DNA of 59,843 nt, filler included, from Basidioascus undulatus (GCA_000826855.1; 7 parts of 7 records of this genome joined end to end with filler, not necessarily neighbours in it); one strand, 5' to 3'; shown: positions 12,716 to 25,491, counted from the first letter of the whole stretch. A program made the numbers and translations. Notes: generated by a model from the letters alone, not told the origin.

Positions 12716-14930
12716 ATGTTGAACCTCGCGCAGGCGCGCTACCTTCCCATGCTCGCGAGCCTCGCGGGCCTCGCCGCCGCCTTCACGACAGACTCTCGAC
12801 TCCATCGGTCCTTGTTGTGAGTTGTTTAGCATATTTCGTGAGCTGGAGGAGGTCCTCGCCGCTGATCGTGGGGATCGTGTACCTGCACAGTGGTGTCGCC
12901 TACAGGTGAGCACCTTCGTTCAGTCACGCAGACTTGTCCGACTACTGACCCCTATCCAACAGTCCAGGTCAGGCCTCGGAGTCGGCAGAATCTTTCCTTC
13001 ATATTGCTAACGGCGCCCAACACATGAAGATGGTGTCATCCTGCCGAATTGCGGTGCTACCCAATCGGCCGTGACGAAAGACATGGAGATACTCGCACAG
13101 TTGACACCCCGGATCCGTACCTAGTCCGTCCTGCTTTATGGAATCCTAATGATGACCAGATGATATGCATGATTCATTCCAGCGGTTGCGACTGCAATCA
13201 GACGCAGCTCGTTTTGCAGGGCATCAAGGACGCTGGCGATGTGGACCTGAGCGTTTGGGTTGGAATCTGTGCGTTTCGCTTGCTTGCTCCTCGTTAAGCT
13301 GCACGCAAGCTGAAATTCTCCGCAGACATTAACGGCAACGACACTGTCTACGGTGCGCATTTCGAGCTGAATTTCAGCTCATTCCGGTATCGCTCAATCC
13401 CACGACACGGCAGATCGACAGGTCAACGAACTCGTGGATGCCATCAATACCTACGGCGCGGACCATATCGCGGGCGTGACGGTCGGTGTGAGTCTTAGGT
13501 AGTTTCATCACCAATATCTCTCCAAGATGCTCAAATGGATATCTCTGTCAGAACGAGTACATCCTCAATGCATACGGCGACACCGGCACAGCGACCGGCG
13601 CAAACGGCGTCGCAGCGCGCACCGAGCTCCTGAAATACATCGAGAAGTTCAACTACACGCTCCAGGGTCTCAACCTCAACAAGAATATTCCCATCGGGAC
13701 GTCGGACGCGGGCGCAGCAGCTACCGTCGAGCTTTGCGAGGCTATCGACTAGTGCGCCCTCTTTTGCGCTACAGAGATCTCATAATGCCATACTAATGCC
13801 GGAGGGTCGACAGTTACATGGCAAACGTGCACCCCTGGTCAGTCTGAGGTGGGACAGGCTGCGTCGTGCTGGATATTAAGGCGATGGTGTAGGTTTGGAT
13901 CGGTCGAATATGCAGGCGCATCTGAGTGGGTACGTAGACATGCCATCAAGGTGTAAATTTCAACGTTTTCCGACTGGATATTGGTTGTGACGGCAGACCT
14001 TCAACTTCTATGAAGAGTTCGATCTCAGCGTATGCGCGAAGTCGACCCGCAACCCCACCATGGTGCGTTCCAGCACCGAAGATCAGCCTGGCACATTTTC
14101 TGAATGTCCTTGCTCCGCAGTACATCGCTGAAGTGAGTAATAATTAGTCTTGAAGGCGGTGCTGGTATGGAGCGCAAGCTGACATGCCGTTCACAGACCG
14201 GCTGGCCGACGGAGAGCATGGACACCAAGAATGCTGTGAACGGCGCCAAGAGCCCTGCCAGTATCGAGGGACTTCAGACGTTCCTTGAGTACGTCATAAT
14301 TATAGGTTTTGAGCGGCGTGCTTGACAATTGTACCCGTGCTGACCTGCGTCCCCTCCCGCCTGCAGCGACTTCGTCTGCGCTGCCAACTCGAGTGCGCCT
14401 CTCGCCTGGCATGAAATTGCTCATCAATTGTTGATCTTTACGACACAGACGGAACCAACTACTTCTTTTTCGAAGGATTTGACGAGACGTGGAAGGTGCG
14501 GAAGGCTTTTTTTTCTTTTTTTTGACCCAGGGGAAGTGTCCGCTGATGAGATCGGAGTTCTGCAGGAGCAATATGGCGGTGTCGGTGAGCTGAAGCTTTC
14601 GACCTTTCTCACGACTTACAGCTGAAATCGGCTGACTGTTTGCTCTGCAGAGCCGTACTGGGGCCTGTACAACAACAACCGGACTCTCAAGGACATCACG
14701 ATCCCTACCTGTCTCGGTGCGTCTTGTCTTGCAACGCTCCTTTCCGCGAACGGTCTCACTCAGGTCCTTCCTCGTTTCCAGTCGACTCTCCCACCGGCAG
14801 CTCTGACCCCACCAACTCGAGCTCGGGCTCGTCCTCGAGCAACGACAACAGCGCCGCTGAGCCCATGCTCGCTATCTCCCTCGGCGGCATGCTGGCCGCT
14901 GCGGCGTTGGGTGTCGCTGCGGGTTTCTAA
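12716..14930 (+). CDS. Glycoside hydrolase family 17 beta-1,3-glucanase/glucanosyltransferase, secreted and probably GPI-anchored; many short exons
   Basis: Spliced translation reads GVAYSP..LPNCGAT..LAQLTPRIRTY..DCNQTQLVL..AGVTVG|NEYIL (acid/base Glu)..YMANVHPWFG..YIAE|TGWPT (nucleophile Glu)..YFFFEGFDETWK..YWGLY. It ends in a Ser-rich linker and a hydrophobic C-terminal tail. Confidence 0.9.
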
Positions 14931-15936
14931 TTCTAGTTCCGGCATTCCATCTCCCCACAGTCGAAGTGTCACTCGTTTGTCTGCATCGCATTGAAGATAT
15001 CCTACACATTATGATCTTTCTCTTCCTTCTTGTTTCTGTCGTGAGGACCATGGACGCTCCCACCTACCCAGACTCATTTTCATGGCATCCGAGCACTTGC
15101 ATACATTTCTTGTGGCTCCTCCTCTGCATGGCTCCCTCAATTGCTGCATTCGTAAGCGTCATTGCTTCCTCGGGAAGCACTACACCCCTGCCTGCGATGC
15201 AGCACTGTCTCGTATCTATGAATGCCTTCGCCACGCATCGTTCCACTGTATCAGCCAGTATCAACGCTTCGTCAAAGATATGCTCAAGTGCTTGTGGTCA
15301 GGGCTATAAATGCAGTAGTCTTGATGGCTCCATGCTGGGTAGACCTCAATATTAAGGTAGGTACAGCGCCACGCGGGGTGTTGGTTTATTCCTGCATACA
15401 GCATGGACATGCACCATATACCACAATGAAGAACCTGAGATATAAGCTTGGCTGGGGTAGTGGTAACCTGGGTCGTTGCCATTTGAATTCGACCCGCCCC
15501 GTGTTCGATTCACGGGTCAAGCAACCTTTTGCATCACGTAAGCGTGCTGTCTGATTCCTTTTCTTTTTGCTTACCTCGCTGAGACGAACTGGAAATCCTC
15601 AATACGTGGATCTTTGAAGATTGATCCAGAGCACGTTAACAATTCCATGAGTTTGCATGAGTGGCAGTGCACTGCGGACCGCGGACGGACCGGCCAACCG
15701 TACGTCAGCGATTTTTGCGTCATCTCCGCACTCGCTCCGCTTGCCGGCTTCTGCGCTCTGCCAGCACCCCCCTTCCTATCCCGGCTCATGCTCCGTATTG
15801 CTCTCCGTAGCACCACCACCTCCGCCCGCAACTTCACTACGTGTGTCCTCTCCCAGCTGCATTCGTCGTCTTCTTCCTCCCCGCACTGACACCGCTGTTC
15901 TTCGTAAGCCGCAACTTTTCGTCTACTCGCATCGCA

Positions 15937-16943
15937 ATGGTACGTCTTCCCTGAGGATGAGAGAGCGGGACACACCCGCCGCGGACGTGTTCACGGCTCA
16001 CTTGGGTGGACACGTATAGGGTGTCACTGTTGAGAACATTCAGTCCGGCGACGGCAAGAAGTGAGCGCTTCGTTAGACTGGCGAGGTTGGAGGGTTGGGC
16101 ATGAGCGGTACGCTGACGCCGAGGTGTGGGATGTCTCAGCTTTCCCAAGAAGGGCGACCGCGTCCAGATCCACTGTGAGTAATATCTCGATCTTGCTTAC
16201 AGCGCGCGTGTGCTGACGATTCATCTTCAGACGTCGGCGTACGTGTTTGGCTTCCTCAGCGCGACGCACGAGGTTCTGGACTGACCGTCGCATTGTCGAG
16301 TCACGCAGACCCTTCTTGACGGTTAGTATCTTGTGTTAGCACTTCGAAAAGGCGTCCTGACTGAAGGTTGGCCTGCGTACGCGAAACAGGCAAGAAGTTC
16401 GACTCGTCCCGCGACCGCGGCCAGGTAAGAACCGCTTCAGCTTTTTGTCATCCTGAACGTCCTGGCTCACTACTCCTCGTCACAGCCCTTCGAGAGTGCG
16501 TGGAAACTGTCTCCACCACAGTTGATGTTGGGAACGATATGCTAATGGTTGCTTTCATGCAGCCGTCATTGGCGTTGGCCAGGTCATCCGTGGTACGTTG
16601 TCCGCCGTAGTGTTCGTCCAAACGCGACCTAAATCGACAGCATCTCCTGCAGGCTGGGACGAGGGTGTCCCCCAGCTCTCGCTCGGCCAGAAGGCTAACC
16701 TGATCTGCACCCGTACATTCATTTCTACTTCAACAGCGATACTGGACCTCAACTCACTTGCCCTCACCCTGCAGCCGACTACGCCTACGGCGCTCGCGGC
16801 TTCCCGCCCGTCATCCCTCCCAACTCGACCCTCAAGTTCGAGGTACGGCCTCTCTAGGCTTCGTTAGCCCTTGCGTGCTGTTCCGGATTGCTGAAAATCC
16901 CCTTCGTCCATCTGTACAGGTCGAGCTCCTCAAGATCAACTAA
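15937..16943 (+). CDS. FPR1: FKBP12 peptidyl-prolyl cis-trans isomerase (11 exons)
   Basis: Splicing yields [108 protein letters not shown]. Confidence 0.96.
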
Positions 16944-17123
16944 ACTGATCAGTGCTCGCAGCAGTCGCAGTCCGTTCATGTATTTGTTCGCGCAACTGTA
17001 AGACGATAAAGGAAGGACGTTGGGACGTCGTTGGGATCTGATGAATATCGTTCGCTATGCTTGTGCGTGTGTTGTGGATTGGCGCGAGTCGTGGACGTGC
17101 TTACTCTGGCGTCGGTGATTCAG

Positions 17124-17151
17124 CATGCTATTCAGCATGCTGAATAGCATG
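17124..17151. repeat. Perfect 28-bp palindrome
   Basis: CATGCTATTCAGCATGCTGAATAGCATG equals its own reverse complement. Confidence 0.95.
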
Positions 17152-17693
17152 TGCAGCACGTCTTTCGAGTGAAAGTGTTGCACCCCTGCCGGCACATTTG
17201 AACAACATTGCGTCTTTGTGTTGCGTCGAGCCTTACGCCCAGCGCCAAGCTGTCGTCCCCTGCTGCTTGCATCCGCCTTACGACTGGCACGCTCCAAGCC
17301 CCCCTGCAGGTAGGCTCGACATTTACCAGGAAAATAGCACTTTTGTTCAGCTTGCATGCTCGTCGTGTCCTTGGCTTTACCCTCCGTCCACTGATGCCAA
17401 GAGTGCGGCAGCTCAGCGGTGCGGTTCAAAAAGCGTTGCGCTCTGCCCTCGGTCGTTAAGACCTTCCCCAGTCTGCTGATTATTAGGTTACGCTTTCGCT
17501 TCGCCGCACTCTCGTTCTGTACCTTACGCCACGGCATCCGCATCATCCGTGCCGTTGCCGCGTCCTCCGCGACTTCGCGTACCCCGCAATTGTCGACTCC
17601 CTCGCTCTCGTACTCCAGTTCATTTCGCACACCGCCTAGCATCCAGCCTACATATCCATCTCCGACATTGGCATCCTACTCATCCAATCTATC

Positions 17694-20600
17694 ATGAATT
17701 ATCCACCCACTCCGCCCCCGAAGGGGTCCCGCGACTGGGACTCGCGCTCGTCTCTCGCTGGCGAGGACGACGGCGGCAACACCAAGCTCTTCAACATCGA
17801 CTTCAGTCATGTGCATGGACTCGCCCCTTCGACTCGACTTAGCTGTGACTTTCAGACTTACCGATGGGCTCCGCATGCAGATCGAACTCTCCGCGACGGA
17901 CCTCTATGACAAGGAAAAGACCGGCGACATCGAGACGCTCTCGCTTGAGGCAGTGTACCAGCTGCTCAAGTGCGCAAACCGTGCCTTCAGCCAATCCCCA
18001 GTGCACCTGCTGACATCTTTGATCAACGCTCACAGAACCGACGGAGAGGGCCTTTCGAACGCCGAGGCGGCCAGGCGCCTCGAGATCTTCGGACCGAATG
18101 CGCTCGTCAGCGAGCCGCCGAACCCGATCTTCCAGGTGCGTAGTTCGCTTTCAGTTCTGATGCTTCGGAAACGCGGCTGAATCTTGGGCGCTCGCCATAG
18201 TTCCTCTCCTTCCTCTGGAACCCTCTCAGCTGGGTGTAAGGCTCTCGGGATGATGTTGAATCCAGGGTCGTCGCTGACGGCATGAGGTTTGCTCGTGCAG
18301 CATGGAGGGCGCAGCGGTCGTGGCGATCGCGCTCTCGAACGGCTTCGGCAAACCTCCCGTGCGTTTTCCGTTTCATTATTCATCCTCCGTTCGCCTGCTG
18401 AGCGTCTCTGCTGTAGGACTGGCCTGTGCGTGTACTCGTCTGTCGGTCGCTCAGGTGCGGTAGCTGAAAGCGACGCTGCGTTCTTACAGGACTTTCTCGG
18501 CATCGTCCTCCTTCTTCTCATCAACGCGACCATCGGCTTCCTCGAGGAGCGCAGCGCGGGCAACGCCGTCAAGGCCTTGATGGACTCGCTCGCCCCCAAG
18601 GCCAAGGTCCGGCGCGACGGGCAGTGGAAGGAGGTCGAGAGCTCGGTACTTGTCCCCGGTGACTTGGTGGCTTTCAAGAGTACGCATCCAGATCCACTGC
18701 TACCATATCTCCAGGCTGACAAACCCTGCGAACAGTCGGTGACATTGTACCGGCCGACTGCCGCCTCACTGAAGCCCTCAACGTCTCCATCGACCAGGTG
18801 CGGTAGCTGGACTTCTATGCCTAGGGCGCTGTTTGCCTGACTGTGTGGGCGGTATTTGGGACAGGCCGCCCTCACTGGCGAGTCGCTGCCGGTCAGCAAG
18901 AAGCTCGGCGACCAGTGCTTCTCGGGTTCGACCTGCAAGCAAGGCGAGGCGGAGGGCGTCGTCATCGCCACGGGCCAAAACACGTTCTTCGGTCGGGCGG
19001 CATCGCTCGTCGGTACCGACGCCGACGAGATTGGTCATCTTCAGCAGGTGCTCGCCAATATCGGGCTGTTCTGCATGGTGGCTATCGGTGCGTTTTCTTT
19101 TGAATCTTGCCTTCAGAAACGTAGGATGTTCTGACGGCGCACTACCATGAGAGCAGGCATCTTCGTCATCGCGGAGATGATCATCCTGTTCGGCGCTTAT
19201 CATGTACGTCTGCTTCAGCTCCGTTGGTGGGATCGACAAACGACTTCCTTCTCTCATTTCACAGTACCCTTACCGCCGTGGGCTCGACGACCTCCTCGTA
19301 CTTCTCATTGGCGGCATTCCCATCGCTATGCCTACGTTTGTCCTCCATGCTTTCGCATTCCTTTCCCTCCGTGACTGACTTCCATGCCTGTGGTCTGCAG
19401 CGTGTTGTCCGTAACGCTCGCCATCGGGGCCCAGCAGCTCGCGAAGCACAAGGCGATCGTAACTCGCATCACGGCGATCGAGGAGCTGGCGGGTGTTACC
19501 ATCCTCTGCTCGGACAAGGCAAGCATTTCCAGTGGCCTGTCAAACCTGGAGACGGCGTTGCTGATGCGCAATTCTCTCACAGACCGGTACCCTCACGACC
19601 AACAAGCTCACGATCGACAAGGACCTCGTCATCATCTTCGGCTCCTTCAATGCCGAGGAGGTCATGATCCTCGCCGCGTACGCCTCGCGCACCGAGAACT
19701 CCGACGCGATCGACACGTGCGTCGTCAGCAGCGTTGCGCCCGGGCAGGCTCGTGCTGGCATCGAGATCCTGGACTTCAAGCCGTTCGACCCCGTCACCAA
19801 GCGGACCGAGGCAACCTACCGCGAGCTCGCGACCGGCAAGGTCAAGCGAGTCACGAAGGGCATGACGAGCATCATCGCCAAGCTCTGCACCAGGACGAGC
19901 TCCGATGAGATCGAGAGGCTGGAAGACGAGGCGCGTCCGCTGCATCACACAGACGCTTACGCGAGAGTCCTGACAGTGCTATTCAACCAGGTCGACGGCT
20001 TCGCTCGGCGTGGACTTCGCGCTCTTGCTGTCGCCCACGAGGACGTCACCGGCAGCGCTCCGGATGGTCCTGGCAACGGCTTCGCGCTCATCGGCCTGCT
20101 CGCCATCTTCGACCCGCCGCGCGCCGACACGAAGCAGACCATCGAGGATGCACAGGCGCTCGGCGTCAAAGTCAAGATGGTGACCGGAGACCAGCTCGAG
20201 ATTGCGATGGTGCGGCTTTTCGTCGTCGGTGCTTCGGTTGCAGCGGCTGATGCACGAGGGTTGGGCGACAGGAAACGGGCCGCAGGCTTGGTCTCGGCGA
20301 CCACATGTATCCTTCGAAGTACGACCAGCTCGAAACAATAACTATCCGACAGCGCTGACCTTGGTAAATCAACAGGGTCATCGTCGACGGGTCGCCCGAG
20401 AAGGACGGTCGGCCCATCTCCCTTGACGAGCTCATTATGCAGGCGGACGGGTGGGTCATCAGTTGCTTCCTGCATATTTTTCTTGCTCTCGCTGACTTTC
20501 ATTTGTGCATTTTGAAAAGTTTCGCAGGAGTCTATCCCGAGCACAAGTACGAGATCGTCAAGCGCATTCAGAACCAGGGTGAGCACTTGACTTGTCTCCT

Positions 20601-22220
20601 CGTCCGTCGAGTTTGTCGTCGGTCTGTCCTGCTTACACTTGGTTTATCGCAGGCCACTTGGTGGCTATGACCGGTGACGGCGCGAATGACGCACCGGCTT
20701 TGGCACGCGCCAACGTCGGAATCGCGGTCGAAGGCGCGACCGACGCCGCCAACGCTGCAGCGGATCTCGTTCTGACCGAGCCCGGGCTGTCGACGATCAT
20801 TCACGCCATTCGCGGCTCGCGGATCATCTTCCAGAGGATGCGTAACTACGCGGTGCGCTCTTTCGAACGTTGTTTTCGGTTGTTACTTTGCTGAGGCAGG
20901 CGCTTTCCTACAGATCTACGCCTGCTCGGTGACCATTCGCATTGTCGTCGGCTTCGCGTTCCTCGCCTTCATCTACCAATCCGACTTCCCGCCATTCATG
21001 GTGGTAGGTCATGATCCCGCTTGTCCGAACTGAGACGAGGTCTGACTTGCGGCCGCCTTGCCTGCAGCTCATCATTGCGGTCCTCAACGACGGAAGCATC
21101 ATGACCCTTTCCGCCGACCGTGCACTTCCCTCGGCCACCCCGGACGAGTGGTATCTTCCGGAGGTATGTGGTATCAACAAATCCCTCCCGAGCTGCACTT
21201 CCTGACCTGCGGCAAACGCACGTCGACAGATCTTTGCCTTCGCCATGACCTACGGCGTTTACCTCAGCCTGTCGACGCTCATCTTCGTCTACCTCGTCCT
21301 CGACACGCAGTTCTTCGAATCGACGTTCGGGGTTCCGGTCATTGAGGACGCGAACGATCCGCATCTGCACATGATCGTACGCTCGCCTGATTTGTGCATT
21401 TTGCGCTTCATCGCCTGATGCAGTTGTCCTTTAGCTCTATCTCCAGGTCGCCATCATCTCGCAGGCGCTCATCTTCGTCACGCGTTCGCACGGCTGGTCG
21501 TTCCTCGAGCGTCCGTCAACGATGCTCATGCTCGCCTTCGTCGCTGCGCAAGTCATCTCGAGCCTGATTGCTGCCTTCGCCACCATGCCCTTCACGAACG
21601 TTGCCGCAGTGCGTTCCCTTTCACATTCACATTGCCAACTAATGCCAACTGGATTTTCAAAGGTTTCCGGCGGATGGATCGCCATTGTATGGGTGTGGAA
21701 CATCGTGCTCTACTTCCCGATGGACCTTGTTCGTGCCTACGGCTCTGCGGAATGTCCCGTTGCTCTTTCGCTCACGATCATCTCGCCTTTACAGGTCAAG
21801 TTTGCCACGCGTTGGACGATTATTAACCCGATGAAGGCCCGCCGCAATGCTCAGCGTGCCCTGCTCGCCGCTCGTGAAGAGCGCCGTGCCAACAACCGGC
21901 TGTCGACCGTCTCTTCCGTACGTCCTCCGGCGTGCAGCGTGGCCGAGCTCAACCCATGATTGAACATCTCCATCTTTTTCCAGCTGCATGAATCCTTATA
22001 CGCGCCCCGCATGAACGTCTTCAAGCGCGCCGGTCGCAGGCTTGGCCTCGGTGAGTTCTCGGGCGCATTCTGATTACCAACGGCACAAAGTTCGCTCACC
22101 TCTTTGTGTTGCGGTACAGGCAAGGGCCGCACGCTCGAGATGTCCGCCAGGGAGCAGCGCCGTTTCTCCTCCATGGGCGCCGCCCGCGCTTCCATCGTGT
22201 TGGAGCGCGCTGCGTCGTAG
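17694..22220 (+). CDS. PMA1: Plasma-membrane H+-ATPase (P3A-type), multi-exon
   Basis: Motifs [46 protein letters not shown] (phosphorylation site), [34 protein letters not shown] and IAVLNDG. Confidence 0.96.
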
Positions 22221-24609
22221 TCTTAGCACAATTTCCTCCCCTTCTTGCTTCGTCTTTTCTTGCTTTGTGGTCCCGTTGGCTCGGGCCTGTACGCTTTTTT
22301 GGTTCTGTTATACTATGTTGTCAATTCTTCTTGATACTTATTGATGTGAAAGCACAACGCTGTCAAACTTGTCTGATACTGCCTCTCTGGATGGAGGCAG
22401 CGCTATCACTACCGAAGCAACCTGGCCTCGGATTTTATGTTCACCCTGGGCAGTAATTTCAGGTCCGTTTTCTTCTTCTCCTCATTCCGTACACCGTGCC
22501 CTGCCTGCCTGTTCATGACTGCTCGGTGCGTGCCGATCATGTGCCCAATCGGTTAAATACACTTGGCGCCCATAGGCATGCGCTGTACCATGATTCAGTA
22601 GCGCTTGGACTGTGGCGGCGCGCGCATAGTCGGACGTCTCGAAGCCGACGTGGTAGAGATTCACCACCCACTCCGAATCCTGGGTGTTCAAGTGTTTGAG
22701 GAAGGGATTGACCGAAGCAGAGGCTGCGAGATTCAAAGGCAAACGGGCAGAAAAGATGAGGGGAGAAGCGAGGGACGTCTTGAGTGGCTCAATGTTGAGT
22801 CACAAAAATAACAGAATTTATCAGACAGATACAGACTGACCTTGAGCCCATTTCTTATACTCCTGCGCCATGTTCTCGAACTTCCCGTCTTTCTCCCAAA
22901 ACCGTTCGTCCTTCCTCAAGCGCCTAACCGTTCAGCTGCTCCAACTTGCGGTTTCCCATCGCGACTTCCAGGGGGAGACCCAGCCCGTGGGCATTGAGCG
23001 CGGTCCGCCAGACGGTACTGTCCGCGTACGTGTGGCGCAGGGCCCGGCAAGTCAAGGGAGAACATACGGTGCATCGGAAACAGAGCCTCAGCTGCGCCTG
23101 CAAAGACAACTTGCAGGGCGTACCGTCATGTTATCACTTGCATCTTTCACTATCAGGTGAATGTGATGTCAAGACTCAAGGGTACCGTTGATACCAGCTG
23201 GTTTGTTGCATGACACGGCTGAGTTGCGCAACGCAGCGACGCGCTTTGCAGGTACCGGTAACAGGATGTGTGACCCGCGCTCAGAAAGCATCTTGACATC
23301 TTCTCAACGAGTAGTTGACGGTTGCCCAAGACAATTTCAATCTTTATGTCCAGTAGAGCCCTCCAGACTCATTCACGTCGTCTCCCATTGCCTGAACAGG
23401 ACAGAATTGCAGCCCTTCGGTGCTGACCTGCTATGATGGCGTTCGACACTCTGGGCTAGCCGCGCGGAGAGGATCACACTGTCGTACCGAGTACAATCCA
23501 ATACAGGCCTTCTCAAGGGCAAAAAAATGACGGACTTCAATTGAATACTTCAATTGAAAGCGGGGTGGCTCATGGATCACAAATGATGACAAGGCATCAA
23601 AGCGCGCAGCGCCCGGAAACGTTCGCTTGTTCAACCGCAGTTGTATGCACAGATGTGCAGGCCGCACTATACTATCAGGCTGTTTCGTAAAGGTAAAACG
23701 TGAGGTGAATGTTCCTTCGAGAAGATATGCCGGGCGGTGATTGGCTTCGGCTCCTTCTCTCCTTTCCGGCAGCGCTGCTGTCCAAAATGTCCCGGCTGCA
23801 CTCAGCCTATGTCAAGGCTGTGCCACTCGATAAAGAATTCATGTCGTTCTCAGGAGAGTATCGAACACAAATTTTTTCAAGCTCCCATGTAGGGTACTGA
23901 ATGGAGCCTGGACGATAGCTGCGCTGCTGAAGCCGCATCGGGCTGCCCTCAGTCCACTCTGCTCTGCAGGCCTCAACATCGATAGACTCGCATGCGGTTC
24001 TCATATGCTCAACCTCGGACAGACAGGAGCCCCCTCCAGCCTGGAACCTCCCCACTCTTCGCCTGAACCACAGTCCCCCCACCCACACGTCCACCCTCAC
24101 CCGTCCGCGGCTCTTTCTCCTTACTTCGACTTTCCATCTGTGCCCCACCCCAACCGCGAAAGGCAATCAGCTGCACTCCAGAAAGAGCCTGTTTCCAAAA
24201 GATCCATTCATCATTCAACCATAGATTCCCGTCCAGCCCCCGGATGAGCCCGCACACCTGCACGCCCCACGCCCGGTCCAGCGCGTCCTGCACGCAGCGC
24301 CGCAGCGGCGGCTCCTGCGAGGTGTACCGGGAGCTGTGGAAGTGGTAGGTGTGCGTCGAGTGCAAGTCGTTACGGAATACGACGAGCTGGCGGTGCAGTG
24401 GTTTCGCTGTCAAGAGAGGTTGTCAGAGCCAGTTTTGTGCTGCGAACAGTCGGGCGGGCGGTTTACGCACGGTTGGACGTGCGGAGCCATGCTGTGTGCG
24501 GGCTGAGTTCGACTTGGGAAGACGAGGAAGGGGCTGGGTTGAAAAGAGCTGGGAGAGGCAGGTGCCCATTCCAGAAGCGAACGGTTGAGTGTGTGGATGG
24601 TGGGTTTCC

Positions 24610-24649
24610 AAAGCCTCGTTGAAAGCCTCGTTGAAAGCCTCGTTGAAAG
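24610..24649. repeat. Tandem 12-bp repeat (AAAGCCTCGTTG) x3.3
   Basis: Three exact copies plus a partial AAAG. Confidence 0.9.
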
Positions 24650-25491
24650 AGCGACTGCCAAGGTGTCTTCTTATCCATCGTTCGCCTGCATCCGGATCCC
24701 TCCAACGCGCCTCCGCACGTTCGCCCACAAACTGTCAACGTGCTGATCGTGCGGATGCTACAAACAACGGCGGCAGCGTCGAGGGCACCAGGTTCCGGGC
24801 GCAGGATGTTAGCTGGCCGGCCATGCATCCTCAGATCCTCCGCGTGGCGTGTCGTCCAGCCGCACGCAACTTTGCGCAATGATGAGTCCGCAAACGCGCA
24901 AAAACACCTTGACCACGTACCAGGACGTCCCTTATCTTCACAACGTGCAAAGGTCCGCTCCCTCAAGCATAAGCGGAAGTGGCCCAAACAGCGGCGATAC
25001 ACGCAGACGCAGCAAGGTCTTCAGAATACGCAGGGCTTGCTTGTGCTCGATGTGAATCATAAAGAATACAAATGGCTCATGCTGGGATGTGTGTTGGAAG
25101 CGCAAAACGAGAGCGAATGATAATGTGAAGCGAACGAGAACGAAGAACGATGGGGTGGACAAACAGAAGGGGGTAGGTGGAGCGCGAAGGAAACAAGATG
25201 CGCGAGAACGGGAGAGGATGAAGTACAGGTACAACAGTAGGGGATGCGGGTGCGGGTGCGGGTGCGGGTGGACGGTGGTGGAGTTGGTGGAATTAAGTGG
25301 TAGCATGTGAAGGGATACGACAAGTGCTGGGTGGCTGGACATGCGACGAAAAGATGGGGTATCGCGAGAATAAGAGGAAGGCGCGAGATGACCAGAGAGT
25401 AAAAGGCTGTCGACGGGGTAGCAGAAGCAGTCAGTTTCGGTGAAAGCAGATCCCGAATCGAGAGGAGCAAAGACTCACAAAGCAAGCCAGA

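Noticed and set aside
24610..24649. Possible CRISPR-like array
   Set aside because: The 12-bp units are directly tandem with no spacers, no cas genes are present, and the context is eukaryotic.
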